From an uncultured bacterium (GTDB lineage: Bacteria; Babelota; Babeliae; Babelales; RVW-14), in the NCBI GenBank assembly GCA_903825355.1, contig CAIKAH010000055.1, positions 1,353-65,352 on the forward strand: a stretch of 64,000 bases of DNA. The letters run 5' to 3'. The notes below the pieces were generated by a model. It saw only the letters and a program-made list of their open reading frames with translations, was not told where the DNA came from and ran no database searches. The position numbers and the translations under genes are program-made. This document shows positions 55,207 to 64,000 of this stretch, piece by piece. The number at the start of each line of letters is the position of its first letter. Positions within the stretch are counted from its first letter, which is position 1.

Positions 55207-57009
55207 ATGTCTCTTTTCAATTTTATCAAACAACAAGTACCTATTCTCGATGTTATTGGCGAGTCAGTTAACTTAAAACCAGCAGGCAGCTACTGGAAGG
55301 GCTCGTGCATTTTCCATGCTGAAAAAGATGCCTCTTTCACTGTTAGCCCCGAGAAGCAAATCTATTACTGCTTTGGATGCCACGCCTCCGGAGATGTTAT
55401 TTCATTTATTGCCAAACTAGAAAACCTTAACCAACTGGAAGCAGCACAATTATTGGTCGATCGCTATCAACTTACAGTCCCTGCCGAATTTACTAAACAA
55501 ATGCACAGCAGCACAGCTGAAGAAAAAGATGCCAAAGAGCGCTACTTTCAAACCTGCAAAGCTTTTGCTTTATGGACGCATAAGCAGCTTTTTAGTCATC
55601 AGTTTGCAATTGATTATCTGCTGCAGCGCTCTATCAGTTTAGAAACTATTAAAGCATTTGAAATTGGCTACTTTCCCGGAGGGCAGCATATGATTGCACG
55701 ACTCCAAAAAGACTTACAACCTGAAGGCTTTCTTCTTAAAGATCTATACGATGTAGGAATTTTTGCAGAAGGGAAAGGCGCTCCTTATTCACCATTTGAA
55801 GAACGTATTATATTTCCTATCAAAGATACACAAGGCAGACACTGTGGATTTGGGGGACGCATTTTTCGGACAGGTGATGAACGTGCAAAATATTACAACA
55901 GCAAAGAAGCTGATGGCTTTGAAAAAGGTAAAATCTTATTTGGCTTTACCGCAGCAAAAAAGGCAATCCAAAGCGAAGAATCAGTTTTTCTTGTCGAAGG
56001 GTATATTGACTGCATTATGATGGCGCAGTATGGGTTTACTAATACGGTAGCGACCCTTGGCACCGCCTGCACCATTGATCATTTAAAGCAGCTTAGTAGG
56101 CACGCCCACACGCTGTATGTGCTGTACGATGGCGACCAAGCTGGCCAAAAAGCGATGCTCAGACTTGCCGAACTTTGCTGGGAGGTTAATTTAGAAATGT
56201 ATGTTATTACCCTACCCGCTAAGCACGATCCAGCCTCTTTTTTAATTGATGGCGGGGATTTAAACACCTATAAAAATAATGCTATAGAAATTATGCATTA
56301 CTTTATTAACTCACTGGGAGCAAACTTTTTAACTAAGCCCTTGGCTCAGAAAATGAGTTCCGCCGAAAAAATTGTTGCCACAATAGCAAAAATTAATAAT
56401 AGCTTTAAACAAGATGTTTTGCTGCATCATGCAGCCGCTGTCATGCAGATGCCATTTGATTCCCTTAAAGCCCTCCTTGGCACTCTCAATCGGAAAAAAG
56501 CTCAAAAAATACAGTTTGAAAACAAGGAAAAGATTCCTCCTGTAATCGTAACGCCTACTGAATCAGAAGAGCCAGACAATCAGTTACTAGAAGAAAAAAT
56601 ATTTTCTGGTATACTTGGCGGCATTGCAGCTGGTAGGCTGTTACACGTTCCTAATGATGTGCGGCCCTATTTTAGTTCACGCATGCAGAGCTTATTACAG
56701 CTCGTTGAGCAATGGCATAGCCATCATGATGGATCATCGTCGGTGAGTGAGCTACTTGCGTCCTTTGAAGCAATTCACAAGGATTGGGTAGTTCGGGTTG
56801 CGATGCAACACAATACGCAAACATGCCTCGAGTTATTTGATCGACTCTTGGATAGATTTTGCAAAGTTCACTGGCAAAGAATAGTCAAAGACATAAAACA
56901 GCAGCTGGTCAAAGCAAAACAAGAAAATGACATACAGACGATGAATGATGTGCTTGAACGTTTTTCTCACCTCAAACAAGGCATGATGCAAAGGGGGCTT
57001 GTACGATGA
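55207..57009 (+). CDS. dnaG: DNA primase
   Basis: Zinc ribbon [33 protein letters not shown] polymerase core, TOPRIM (VEGYIDC ... [11 protein letters not shown]). Confidence 0.93.
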   Translation: MSLFNFIKQQVPILDVIGESVNLKPAGSYWKGSCIFHAEKDASFTVSPEKQIYYCFGCHASGDVISFIAKLENLNQLEAAQLLVDRYQLTVPAEFTKQMHSSTAEEKDAKERYFQTCKAFALWTHKQLFSHQFAIDYLLQRSISLETIKAFEIGYFPGGQHMIARLQKDLQPEGFLLKDLYDVGIFAEGKGAPYSPFEERIIFPIKDTQGRHCGFGGRIFRTGDERAKYYNSKEADGFEKGKILFGFTAAKKAIQSEESVFLVEGYIDCIMMAQYGFTNTVATLGTACTIDHLKQLSRHAHTLYVLYDGDQAGQKAMLRLAELCWEVNLEMYVITLPAKHDPASFLIDGGDLNTYKNNAIEIMHYFINSLGANFLTKPLAQKMSSAEKIVATIAKINNSFKQDVLLHHAAAVMQMPFDSLKALLGTLNRKKAQKIQFENKEKIPPVIVTPTESEEPDNQLLEEKIFSGILGGIAAGRLLHVPNDVRPYFSSRMQSLLQLVEQWHSHHDGSSSVSELLASFEAIHKDWVVRVAMQHNTQTCLELFDRLLDRFCKVHWQRIVKDIKQQLVKAKQENDIQTMNDVLERFSHLKQGMMQRGLVR

Positions 57010-59504
57010 AAACTGGTAAAAAAAATTCACAAAAATCCATACAAAAAACGAGTAAGAAAATAGTGGCCAAAAAACAAACAAGTACTAAAAAATTGGTTGC
57101 AAAAAAAACTCCCCTTAAAAAGGCACAATCAGCTGTAGTTAAAAAAAGTACACGCTCCAAAAAGATTACGGCTTTAACCAGCACTAAAAAAAGCGCGGCC
57201 ACCGCAAAACGCCATATGGATATAAAAAACCCTGCAAAAAAAGCCGGGATTAAAATTGCCAAACCAAATAAGCTTGCTGCGTTACGCAAAGGCTATCAAG
57301 AGACTACAATCATAGAAAAAAAAATTGTAGCAGCTCCAAAAGCTCCTATTGCAAAAAAACCAAGCAAGCCCGCTATTACAAAAACAAGCACAGAAAAACA
57401 GCCTACCCCTACGCTTGTTAAGGTAGGAAAGTCAAGCGTTGTTGCGGCTACTAAAGCTACACTCCCTCAAGCCTTTACTGTAGATTCAGATCCTAAAAAA
57501 CTTCTAACAAAAGCGACTATCTCAACAGAAAAAATTAAAGTCGCTAAGAAACCGGTTGCTAAGCCCTCGAACACACAAGTAGCTCCTGCACGGCAACAAA
57601 ATGATGAAGACTTGGAAGATTTAACTGCTCTCCTGAGCATTCCTGATGAAGAACAGCTCCTAACGCAATCGCTAAAAAGCATTGACAAGCATGTGGCATC
57701 ATTGCTCGAGCGAGGGCGTACCGAAGGCGTATTAACTTACGAAGAGCTTATGTCTTTCAACCAAAGACACCGACTCTCAGATGAAGACTCCAACGAATTA
57801 GTACGGATTCTTGAACGTGAAAATATTGATTTAATTTCACAAGATGAACTAGAAGCTGGCTCACAAGATTTTGATGGGCTCCTCGAAGCATCAACTACTA
57901 AAACGACCGCCTTTGAAAAATTACCTAGTGATATTGAAGGGAGTCTCGATGGCAGTGAAACAAGTGACGCTGCACATGATGATGACTACTACGATAAAGA
58001 CTTGGACAAGCTTAAGAGCATCATGGAGCCTAGCCAGCTTAATGACCCGGTCAAATTATACCTTAAAGAGATCGGTAAAATACCTCTACTAAACAAAGAA
58101 ACAGAAAAGATTATTGCCGACAAAATTGCCAGCGGCAAACGCGAATCGATTGAAGCAATTTCAGAGTTTCCATTTGTTGCTAAAGATTTAATGGGCTTTG
58201 AAGAACGCATTAACAAAGATACACTTTTCCTCAAAGATCTAGTCCAATTTTCTGATTTCGATGAAGATAATTCACCCAAATTTGAAGAAGAAAAAGTCAG
58301 ACTTATCGCCTCTATTCAAGGGATTAAAGAGCTGGCAAGCAATGAAGACAAAATTTACCGCTCATACCGCAACCAACTTGATTCTGAAGAAAAAAAGAAA
58401 GAGATGCTTGCCAAGGTTGAGCAAAATAAGCGCCAAATCGTACTTGCCATTCGCGCTATTAAAGTTTCTACTAAGCAGATCAAAAAATTTGGTAAGAAAA
58501 TTGAAAAACTTTACTACAAAATACAAGAAAAAGACGAAGAAGTGCGCAATGCTGAATCTAAGCTGGCATTCTACCGTAGCCTTAAAAAACCAAATGAAAA
58601 TGATCTTGAGCAAATAGCTATTCTAGAAAGCGTATGCCGCAGTGGCCAAAAGCTTGCTAAAAAAGTTGAATCTGAAGCAGGTATTCCACGAGATAAGATT
58701 TTTACTCATTACAAACGTTTTATTATTGCTCAAGCAAAAGATAAATCTGCAAAAGACGATCTTGCTCGTGCCAACTTACGTTTAGTCGTGAATATAGCTA
58801 AAAAATATATTAACCGAGGACTCCACTTTCTTGACTTGATTCAAGAAGGAAATATTGGCTTGCTTAAAGCAGTTGAAAAATTTGAATTTGAACGTGGCTT
58901 TAAATTTTCAACCTATGCCACATGGTGGATTCGTCAAGCAATCACACGCGCTATCGCTGACCAATCACGTACTATTCGTGTGCCTGTACACATGGTAGAA
59001 ACATTGAGCAAGATTAATAAAATCACCCGAACCTACGTGCAAGAACAAGGCCGTGACCCAAGCTACACCGAGTTAGCAAAAGAATTAAACCTTGATGAAA
59101 AGAAAATTAAAAACATCATCAAGATTTCTAAAGAGCCGGTATCGCTTGAAACACCGGTGGGCGATAGTGAAGACACTTACTTGAAAGACTTCATTGAAGA
59201 TGAAAACGAGTACTCTCCTGTAGATGCTGTTATCAATGAAGACTTAAAGGAAAAAGTGCGTGAAGTACTTAAAACCTTGACCCCGAGGGAAGAGAAAGTA
59301 CTCAAGATGCGCTTTGGTATTGACGTTGCATCAGAGCATACCCTTGAAGAAGTAGGTAAAGACTTTTCGGTTACGCGTGAACGTATTCGTCAAATTGAAG
59401 TAAAAGCATTACGTAAACTGCGCCACCCATCGCGCAGTAAGAAGCTAACCTCTTTCATTGAAAAAGATGTTGATGGTGGCTCTTCTAACGACCCAATTGA
59501 GTAA
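57006..59504 (+). CDS. rpoD: primary sigma factor RpoD with a long basic N-terminal extension
   Basis: Regions 2-4 are canonical ([27 protein letters not shown]; [30 protein letters not shown]). The first ~225 aa are Lys/Ala/Pro/Thr-rich. ATGA overlap with dnaG. Confidence 0.95.
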   Translation: MKTGKKNSQKSIQKTSKKIVAKKQTSTKKLVAKKTPLKKAQSAVVKKSTRSKKITALTSTKKSAATAKRHMDIKNPAKKAGIKIAKPNKLAALRKGYQETTIIEKKIVAAPKAPIAKKPSKPAITKTSTEKQPTPTLVKVGKSSVVAATKATLPQAFTVDSDPKKLLTKATISTEKIKVAKKPVAKPSNTQVAPARQQNDEDLEDLTALLSIPDEEQLLTQSLKSIDKHVASLLERGRTEGVLTYEELMSFNQRHRLSDEDSNELVRILERENIDLISQDELEAGSQDFDGLLEASTTKTTAFEKLPSDIEGSLDGSETSDAAHDDDYYDKDLDKLKSIMEPSQLNDPVKLYLKEIGKIPLLNKETEKIIADKIASGKRESIEAISEFPFVAKDLMGFEERINKDTLFLKDLVQFSDFDEDNSPKFEEEKVRLIASIQGIKELASNEDKIYRSYRNQLDSEEKKKEMLAKVEQNKRQIVLAIRAIKVSTKQIKKFGKKIEKLYYKIQEKDEEVRNAESKLAFYRSLKKPNENDLEQIAILESVCRSGQKLAKKVESEAGIPRDKIFTHYKRFIIAQAKDKSAKDDLARANLRLVVNIAKKYINRGLHFLDLIQEGNIGLLKAVEKFEFERGFKFSTYATWWIRQAITRAIADQSRTIRVPVHMVETLSKINKITRTYVQEQGRDPSYTELAKELNLDEKKIKNIIKISKEPVSLETPVGDSEDTYLKDFIEDENEYSPVDAVINEDLKEKVREVLKTLTPREEKVLKMRFGIDVASEHTLEEVGKDFSVTRERIRQIEVKALRKLRHPSRSKKLTSFIEKDVDGGSSNDPIE

Positions 59505-60625
59505 TGAAAATTGCTTATGTTATCAGTAGCTTAAAGATTGGCGGAGCTGAAATAGCGCTTGCGCAAATAGCCCCACGAATTAAAGAAAAAGGTCACGAAG
59601 TATTCGTGGCCTTTTTTCATGATGGCCCTATCCGTGCTCGATTGGAAGCAGCAGGCATAACGACCTTTTGCATAACCGGCCTACTCAACCGTTATGATAT
59701 GGTAGCCTGGTGGCGATTGTCTTGCTGGCTCAAAAGAAATCGCATTGAGCTCTTACACACGTCTTTATGGTCCGGCAATATTATTGGCCGTTTGCTAGGA
59801 CGCTGGCATAATATTCCTGTGGTGAGTGATTTACATGGTAATTGCCAGACAGAAGGAGCCCTCCGAAACTGGGGCGACCGATTAACCGCTCACCTGTCCA
59901 GCGTTACCATCGCGGTAAGCAATTCGGTAGCAGTTGCCTATAAAAAATATATCCTTAAAAAGCGCTTCATAAACATCGTTACCATCCCGAATGGAATTGA
60001 AACAGCTAATATTGTGAATGCCCCTGTCACAGCTCCCCTTCATCGCTCAGCTTTTAATATCCCAACTGATGCATTTGTAGTAGGTGCTGTTGGGCGCCTG
60101 GAACCAATTAAAGGATACGAGCTCTTAATCGAAGCCTGTGCATTATTACCAATAAATACGTACCTGCTTATAGTAGGAGATGGTAGTTGCCGAACAGAGC
60201 TAGAACAGCTTGCAGTAAAAACTGGGCTGGCAAACCGGTGCATTATTACCGGATTTAGAAACGACGCCTTTCGTTTTTATCAGCTTTTTGATTGCTTCGC
60301 CATTGCTTCACACAGCGAAGGGCTTTCGCTTGCACTCTTAGAGGCTATGGCAGCAGCCTGTCCGATAGTTACCACCAATCAATACACTACGCATGATGTT
60401 TTAACACACGACTGGACTGGCTTAATTACTACGCAGCGAGTTCCCAGCGAATATGCAAAGCTTTTGCAAATATTTGCCCGCAACCCTTCTTTACGCCATC
60501 GGATGGGCACAGCAGCTCAAAGACACGTTATTCAGCATCATGAGTTAAGCAGCGTCATTGAACATTTGGATTCACTTTATCGACCGCTAAAAATTCAACT
60601 TGAAAAAAACAGGTCGGTTGATTGA
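59504..60625 (+). CDS. GT4-family glycosyltransferase
   Basis: N-terminal GGAE-type loop (SSLKIGGAEIAL) and C-terminal EGLSLALLEAMAAACPIVTT (E-x7-E). TAATG overlap with rpoD. Confidence 0.8.
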   Translation: MKIAYVISSLKIGGAEIALAQIAPRIKEKGHEVFVAFFHDGPIRARLEAAGITTFCITGLLNRYDMVAWWRLSCWLKRNRIELLHTSLWSGNIIGRLLGRWHNIPVVSDLHGNCQTEGALRNWGDRLTAHLSSVTIAVSNSVAVAYKKYILKKRFINIVTIPNGIETANIVNAPVTAPLHRSAFNIPTDAFVVGAVGRLEPIKGYELLIEACALLPINTYLLIVGDGSCRTELEQLAVKTGLANRCIITGFRNDAFRFYQLFDCFAIASHSEGLSLALLEAMAAACPIVTTNQYTTHDVLTHDWTGLITTQRVPSEYAKLLQIFARNPSLRHRMGTAAQRHVIQHHELSSVIEHLDSLYRPLKIQLEKNRSVD

Positions 60626-60819
60626 GGCTTTTATGATTCTTTGCATAACAAAACATGGTGATACAATTACGTAAAAAAACATTTAAAAATCAGTTGCATT
60701 TTGACCAATCAGACAGTATCATTGATTTATAAATTTTAAATTTAAATCATATTTTTATTTTTGATAACCTCCATTTCCCCTGTCCGTGACGTTCGTCTGG
60801 ATGGGGGTTTTTCTTGCCT

Positions 60820-61599
60820 ATGAATTATTACAAAATTATCGTCGCCTACGATGGCACAGCCTTTCACGGTTGGCAAATACAGTCTCACGACTTAACACTC
60901 TGCTCTGCACTGCAAGATGCCTGGTACCGCTTTATGCGCGAACGTATCTCAATTCTTGGCGCTTCACGTACAGACGCAGGAGTACATGCACTGGGCCAAG
61001 TAGCACGCTTTGCGTCCAATCTACCTGCAGGAATTGCTCTTGAGCAATTGCGTAAGGCATGGAATCAACATGTACCGCCAGGTATTTACATTCGCTCACT
61101 AGAACCTATGCCACCAAACTTTCACCCATGCGGCAACGTACTACAAAAAACCTACTACTACACACTTTTTCTAAAAAAACCTCTACCAATGGTTGAACGT
61201 TTTGGGTGGTACCCTGACTTCATGCCGCATGTAGATATAGATAAATTTGAACGTGCATTACACCGGTACATTGGCACGCATGATTTTGGTTCTTTTTGCA
61301 AAATTGACCAAGACGATAAAAAAGATACAATCAGAACTATAGACAGCATCAAGCTTCGCAAAATTCCACGCTGGGGCATCTTACTAGTAGAAATCAAAGG
61401 AAAATCATTTGTACGTTTTCAGATCAGACGCATGATCGGATATGCATTAGATATTGCACACCGACCACATATGCCGGTAGAATACTTGGATGAGTTATTA
61501 AAAAATCCCAATCCTCGACAGCTTTTGGTCAAAGCAGAGGCCAAAGGACTATGTCTGAGGCGAATTATATATAAACGCCATGAACACACATCTGATTGA
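60820..61599 (+). CDS. truA: tRNA pseudouridine(38-40) synthase
   Basis: MNYYKIIVAYDGTAFHGWQIQ, SRTDAGVHA (catalytic Asp). ATG 60820 is preferred over TTG 60814. Confidence 0.9.
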   Translation: MNYYKIIVAYDGTAFHGWQIQSHDLTLCSALQDAWYRFMRERISILGASRTDAGVHALGQVARFASNLPAGIALEQLRKAWNQHVPPGIYIRSLEPMPPNFHPCGNVLQKTYYYTLFLKKPLPMVERFGWYPDFMPHVDIDKFERALHRYIGTHDFGSFCKIDQDDKKDTIRTIDSIKLRKIPRWGILLVEIKGKSFVRFQIRRMIGYALDIAHRPHMPVEYLDELLKNPNPRQLLVKAEAKGLCLRRIIYKRHEHTSD

Positions 61600-62254
61600 A
61601 CTACTTAAACGTTCACTTACTGGACTAGTACTGATTGTCAGTTTTGGCGGAGCGTATTTGCACTCATCGCTACTTTTTATTGCCGCTCTTTTGGTATTGC
61701 TGTGCATTACCCTCTGTTGGGAATGGCCACGACTGGTTAATCTTCATAAAAATTCACGCATGGCCTTAACCATCATGTACCCTATCGTGCCATTTGCAAC
61801 GCTTATGTGGCTTACTCACGAATTTTACAGTACTGATTTTTACCTACCAATCTTCCCTTTTCTAACGGCATGGGCAGCAGACACAGGTGGCTACATAGTA
61901 GGCAAGTTGATTGGTTTTCATAAAATGTGCCCCACCATCAGTCCTGGTAAATCCTGGGAAGGTTTTACTGGCAGTATCATAAGCGTGTTTGGAATGTGCT
62001 GGCATGTGCTACCCAAAATAGAGCTCTTCAAACCAACAATCCTAGTAACCAATCTAATAGCACTTTTTTTCTTTGCGCTACTAATCACCACTATCGCCTT
62101 CTTGGGAGGCTTTTTCCTGTCCGTGCTTAAACGGAAAGAAGGACTAAAGGATGCTGGCTCATTATTACCAGGGCATGGAGGCATTCTGGATCGATTCGAC
62201 GGGGTGCTGTTTGTTGGATTAACAACCGCTCTTTTGACTGTTATCTTTCGCTAA
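61580..62254 (+). CDS. cdsA: phosphatidate cytidylyltransferase
   Basis: SPGKSWEG and GHGGILDRFD signature. Polytopic. Overlaps truA by 20 nt. Confidence 0.9.
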   Translation: MNTHLIELLKRSLTGLVLIVSFGGAYLHSSLLFIAALLVLLCITLCWEWPRLVNLHKNSRMALTIMYPIVPFATLMWLTHEFYSTDFYLPIFPFLTAWAADTGGYIVGKLIGFHKMCPTISPGKSWEGFTGSIISVFGMCWHVLPKIELFKPTILVTNLIALFFFALLITTIAFLGGFFLSVLKRKEGLKDAGSLLPGHGGILDRFDGVLFVGLTTALLTVIFR

Positions 62255-62345
62255 GAGACTACTAATCAAACCATCAACAATAAATCATTTTTTTGATTTG
62301 AGCAGGTCATTTAGCAATAATCGTGCTCTTTAGCAAAGCAACCAC

Positions 62346-63128
62346 TTACAATAAGTCTAAGCGCCTTTTAAGCTTATGCATAGCATACCAACCAAAGCCA
62401 ATCGTGTAAGCTATTAAAACGGCTAAACAAAGCCAAAAATTAAGATATTCCGTTTGTCCCATAACAGCTGCCCGTACACCTTCGCACATATAGGTTAACG
62501 GATTAAGAAGCGCAATACATGCGATATAAGAAAACACCTTAAAACCAGTGAAAAAAGAAAACCAATAACACCCAAGCAGCTGCATAGGGGTATATACCCG
62601 ACGCCAAACACTATTAAAGGCACGATTTGTTGGAATCCAAGCAGCAAGCCATAGTCCAAAAAAACCAAAAAATGTTCCTGAGAGCAATACAACAAGCAAC
62701 AATTTAATAATTGACAATTGAGATAAATCCATACGACTACCAAGAATGAATTTACCAATCAGAAGTAAGGGTAATGAGATAATAACTGAATGAAAAGCAA
62801 ATGAAAACACACGGTAAGAAAGTACAAAACGATAGGAAGAAGTGGGCAGCGTAAAGTAAAAATCTATACAGCGCATAGAACAAAAATCACTAACTAATTC
62901 ACTACCCATACCTAGAGAAAGATAAAAAAAAGTAGAAGCAAGTGCACCTACCAACAAAAAAGTGCCATACTGCTGATTCATGCCAACGCTTGGCAAAACA
63001 TAGCCAAACGTAATAGCTAAAGACCCTGGCCACGTGATAGCATTAATTAAATCGCCTACAAACTCCCGGCTAAGCACCCGCATATCGCGACGCATAAGTT
63101 GTAAAAAAATAAGCGCATTATTCATCAT
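62346..63128 (-). CDS. ABC-2 type transporter permease
   Basis: 260 aa, 6 TM. The N-terminal cytoplasmic RRDMRVLSREF... resembles ABC-2 permeases. No ATPase gene is adjacent. Confidence 0.55.
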   Translation of the reverse strand: MMNNALIFLQLMRRDMRVLSREFVGDLINAITWPGSLAITFGYVLPSVGMNQQYGTFLLVGALASTFFYLSLGMGSELVSDFCSMRCIDFYFTLPTSSYRFVLSYRVFSFAFHSVIISLPLLLIGKFILGSRMDLSQLSIIKLLLVVLLSGTFFGFFGLWLAAWIPTNRAFNSVWRRVYTPMQLLGCYWFSFFTGFKVFSYIACIALLNPLTYMCEGVRAAVMGQTEYLNFWLCLAVLIAYTIGFGWYAMHKLKRRLDLL

Positions 63129-63178
63129 TATATTATCTCCCTAAGAAAATTTTATGCACAGCTTCAGTTTACTATGAT

Positions 63179-63892
63179 ATGCTGCTGGATAAAAGTGTGT
63201 TGTATAATACCTTGTTTTTGCTAGAAAGCGCCGTTATGATTACAAGAAGCGCATTTCCTTGGTTGCTATTATCTGCGACCGTAAGCTTTACAACTTTGCT
63301 TAACAGTAGAACCATTATGCTTGACCCTGCCGGCCATGCAAAACAGCCAGGCAGACAGTTGCATGAGTCATTTGAACGAGCAGAAACGTACAAATGTGCC
63401 GAACTAATCAAAAAAATTATTGAAATAAAAAGCAATATCAATGTGCTTATTACTCGCGCACCTGGAGAAGAGATTATCCCACTACAAAACGCTTCTTTTG
63501 CAAATAGAACCCATGCAGACCTCTTTGTAAATATCCATTTATACAAAGAAGACGCAGAACAGCCAAGTATTAATCTAGCATATCTAACGTATGATACGCT
63601 GCTAGATCCAACATACACTACTATTAAAAAAACTGACTTTATGCCAATTAATCAAGCACATTGTCCCGCATTAGCTACTACCAAGCGTTGGTGTGCTACG
63701 ATTATTAATACGCTAAAGACATCTGTTCCTGCTCGCTGGCATATTAACCCACAAGCACTCGCGTTGCCGCTTAAAGAGCTCCAGGGCGTTACCGCGCCAG
63801 CAATTACTATTGAGCTAGGCGTGCACCGTGATAATGAGTATCAAGAAATAGCTGAGCATTTGGCACTTGCATTTACCTCACTTAATAACTGA
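63179..63892 (+). CDS. N-acetylmuramoyl-L-alanine amidase (Amidase_3-like)
   Basis: IMLDPAGHAKQPGR, VLITRAP, ANRTHADLFVNIHL follow the Amidase_3 pattern (DpGHGG..., lTR, an...adlfiSiH). Signal-like N-terminus. The start is uncertain (63179 or the MITRS Met). Confidence 0.6.
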   Translation: MLLDKSVLYNTLFLLESAVMITRSAFPWLLLSATVSFTTLLNSRTIMLDPAGHAKQPGRQLHESFERAETYKCAELIKKIIEIKSNINVLITRAPGEEIIPLQNASFANRTHADLFVNIHLYKEDAEQPSINLAYLTYDTLLDPTYTTIKKTDFMPINQAHCPALATTKRWCATIINTLKTSVPARWHINPQALALPLKELQGVTAPAITIELGVHRDNEYQEIAEHLALAFTSLNN

Positions 63893-63933
63893 TTTAGCCC
63901 ACGTTTGCCTCCCCCCATTGCTAGGAGATCTTC

Positions 63934-64000
63934 ATGCTAGAAAACGCCCTTCTTGCTAACCTAACCGCCGTCCTCTTTTATGCTTGGCTAATAATTGGCA
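63934..64000 (+). CDS. 5' end of a gene running off the window (hydrophobic N-terminus)
   Basis: ATG 63934 has AGGAG 6 nt upstream. MLENALLANLTAVLFYAWLIIG stays open to the window end. Confidence 0.45.
   Translation, partial: MLENALLANLTAVLFYAWLIIG

Noticed and set aside
1-64000. CRISPR arrays, IS elements/transposases, integrases, tRNA or rRNA genes
   Set aside because: No regularly spaced direct repeats, no DDE/tyrosine-recombinase-like ORFs and no cloverleaf-like sequences were seen in any intergenic spacer. Visual scanning of 64 kb could still miss short elements.

Overview
This is a gene-dense 64-kb bacterial chromosomal window that looks moderately AT-rich by eye. I support about 58 protein-coding genes on both strands. 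I recognised no rRNA, tRNA, CRISPR array, transposase or integrase.

The backbone is housekeeping: serS (cut by the left edge), hemW, nfo, rplU, a DEAD-box helicase, trhO, glyQS, alaS, a class A PBP, an MsbA-like ABC exporter, lolD-like ATPase plus murJ, lon, rpsF-rpsR, typA, a DciA/DUF721 protein, murG, lgt, dnaG-rpoD, a GT4 glycosyltransferase, truA, cdsA and an Amidase_3 amidase.

Between these genes sit many signal-peptide or lipobox ORFans. They include two ankyrin-repeat proteins, Pro/Thr-rich coiled-coil proteins and two GNATs with hydrophobic N-termini. By inference only, this fits a diderm, peptidoglycan-making, host-associated bacterium. The taxon cannot be determined from this window.

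The most unusual locus is 28.1-33.6 kb:
- A diverged, indel-free second copy of the 3' 913 nt of murJ lies 3,849 nt from the full gene. It differs mostly at synonymous sites.
- Its 5' end is fused to a dispersed palindromic repeat that also sits upstream of the full murJ.
- Between the two copies lie a signal-peptide ankyrin + M48 metallopeptidase fusion and two paralogous four-Cys proteins.

Other notable points:
- A four-copy composite repeat family.
- An eroded HI0074-type HEPN gene with TGA at the conserved Trp codon.
- A sigma-70 with a roughly 225-aa Lys/Ala/Pro-rich N-terminal extension.
- An XRE-S24 (CI/LexA-like) repressor with a CTGT...ACAG palindrome upstream.
- Several candidate cis-regulatory structures.

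All functional calls rest on motif recognition by eye. No database search was run.
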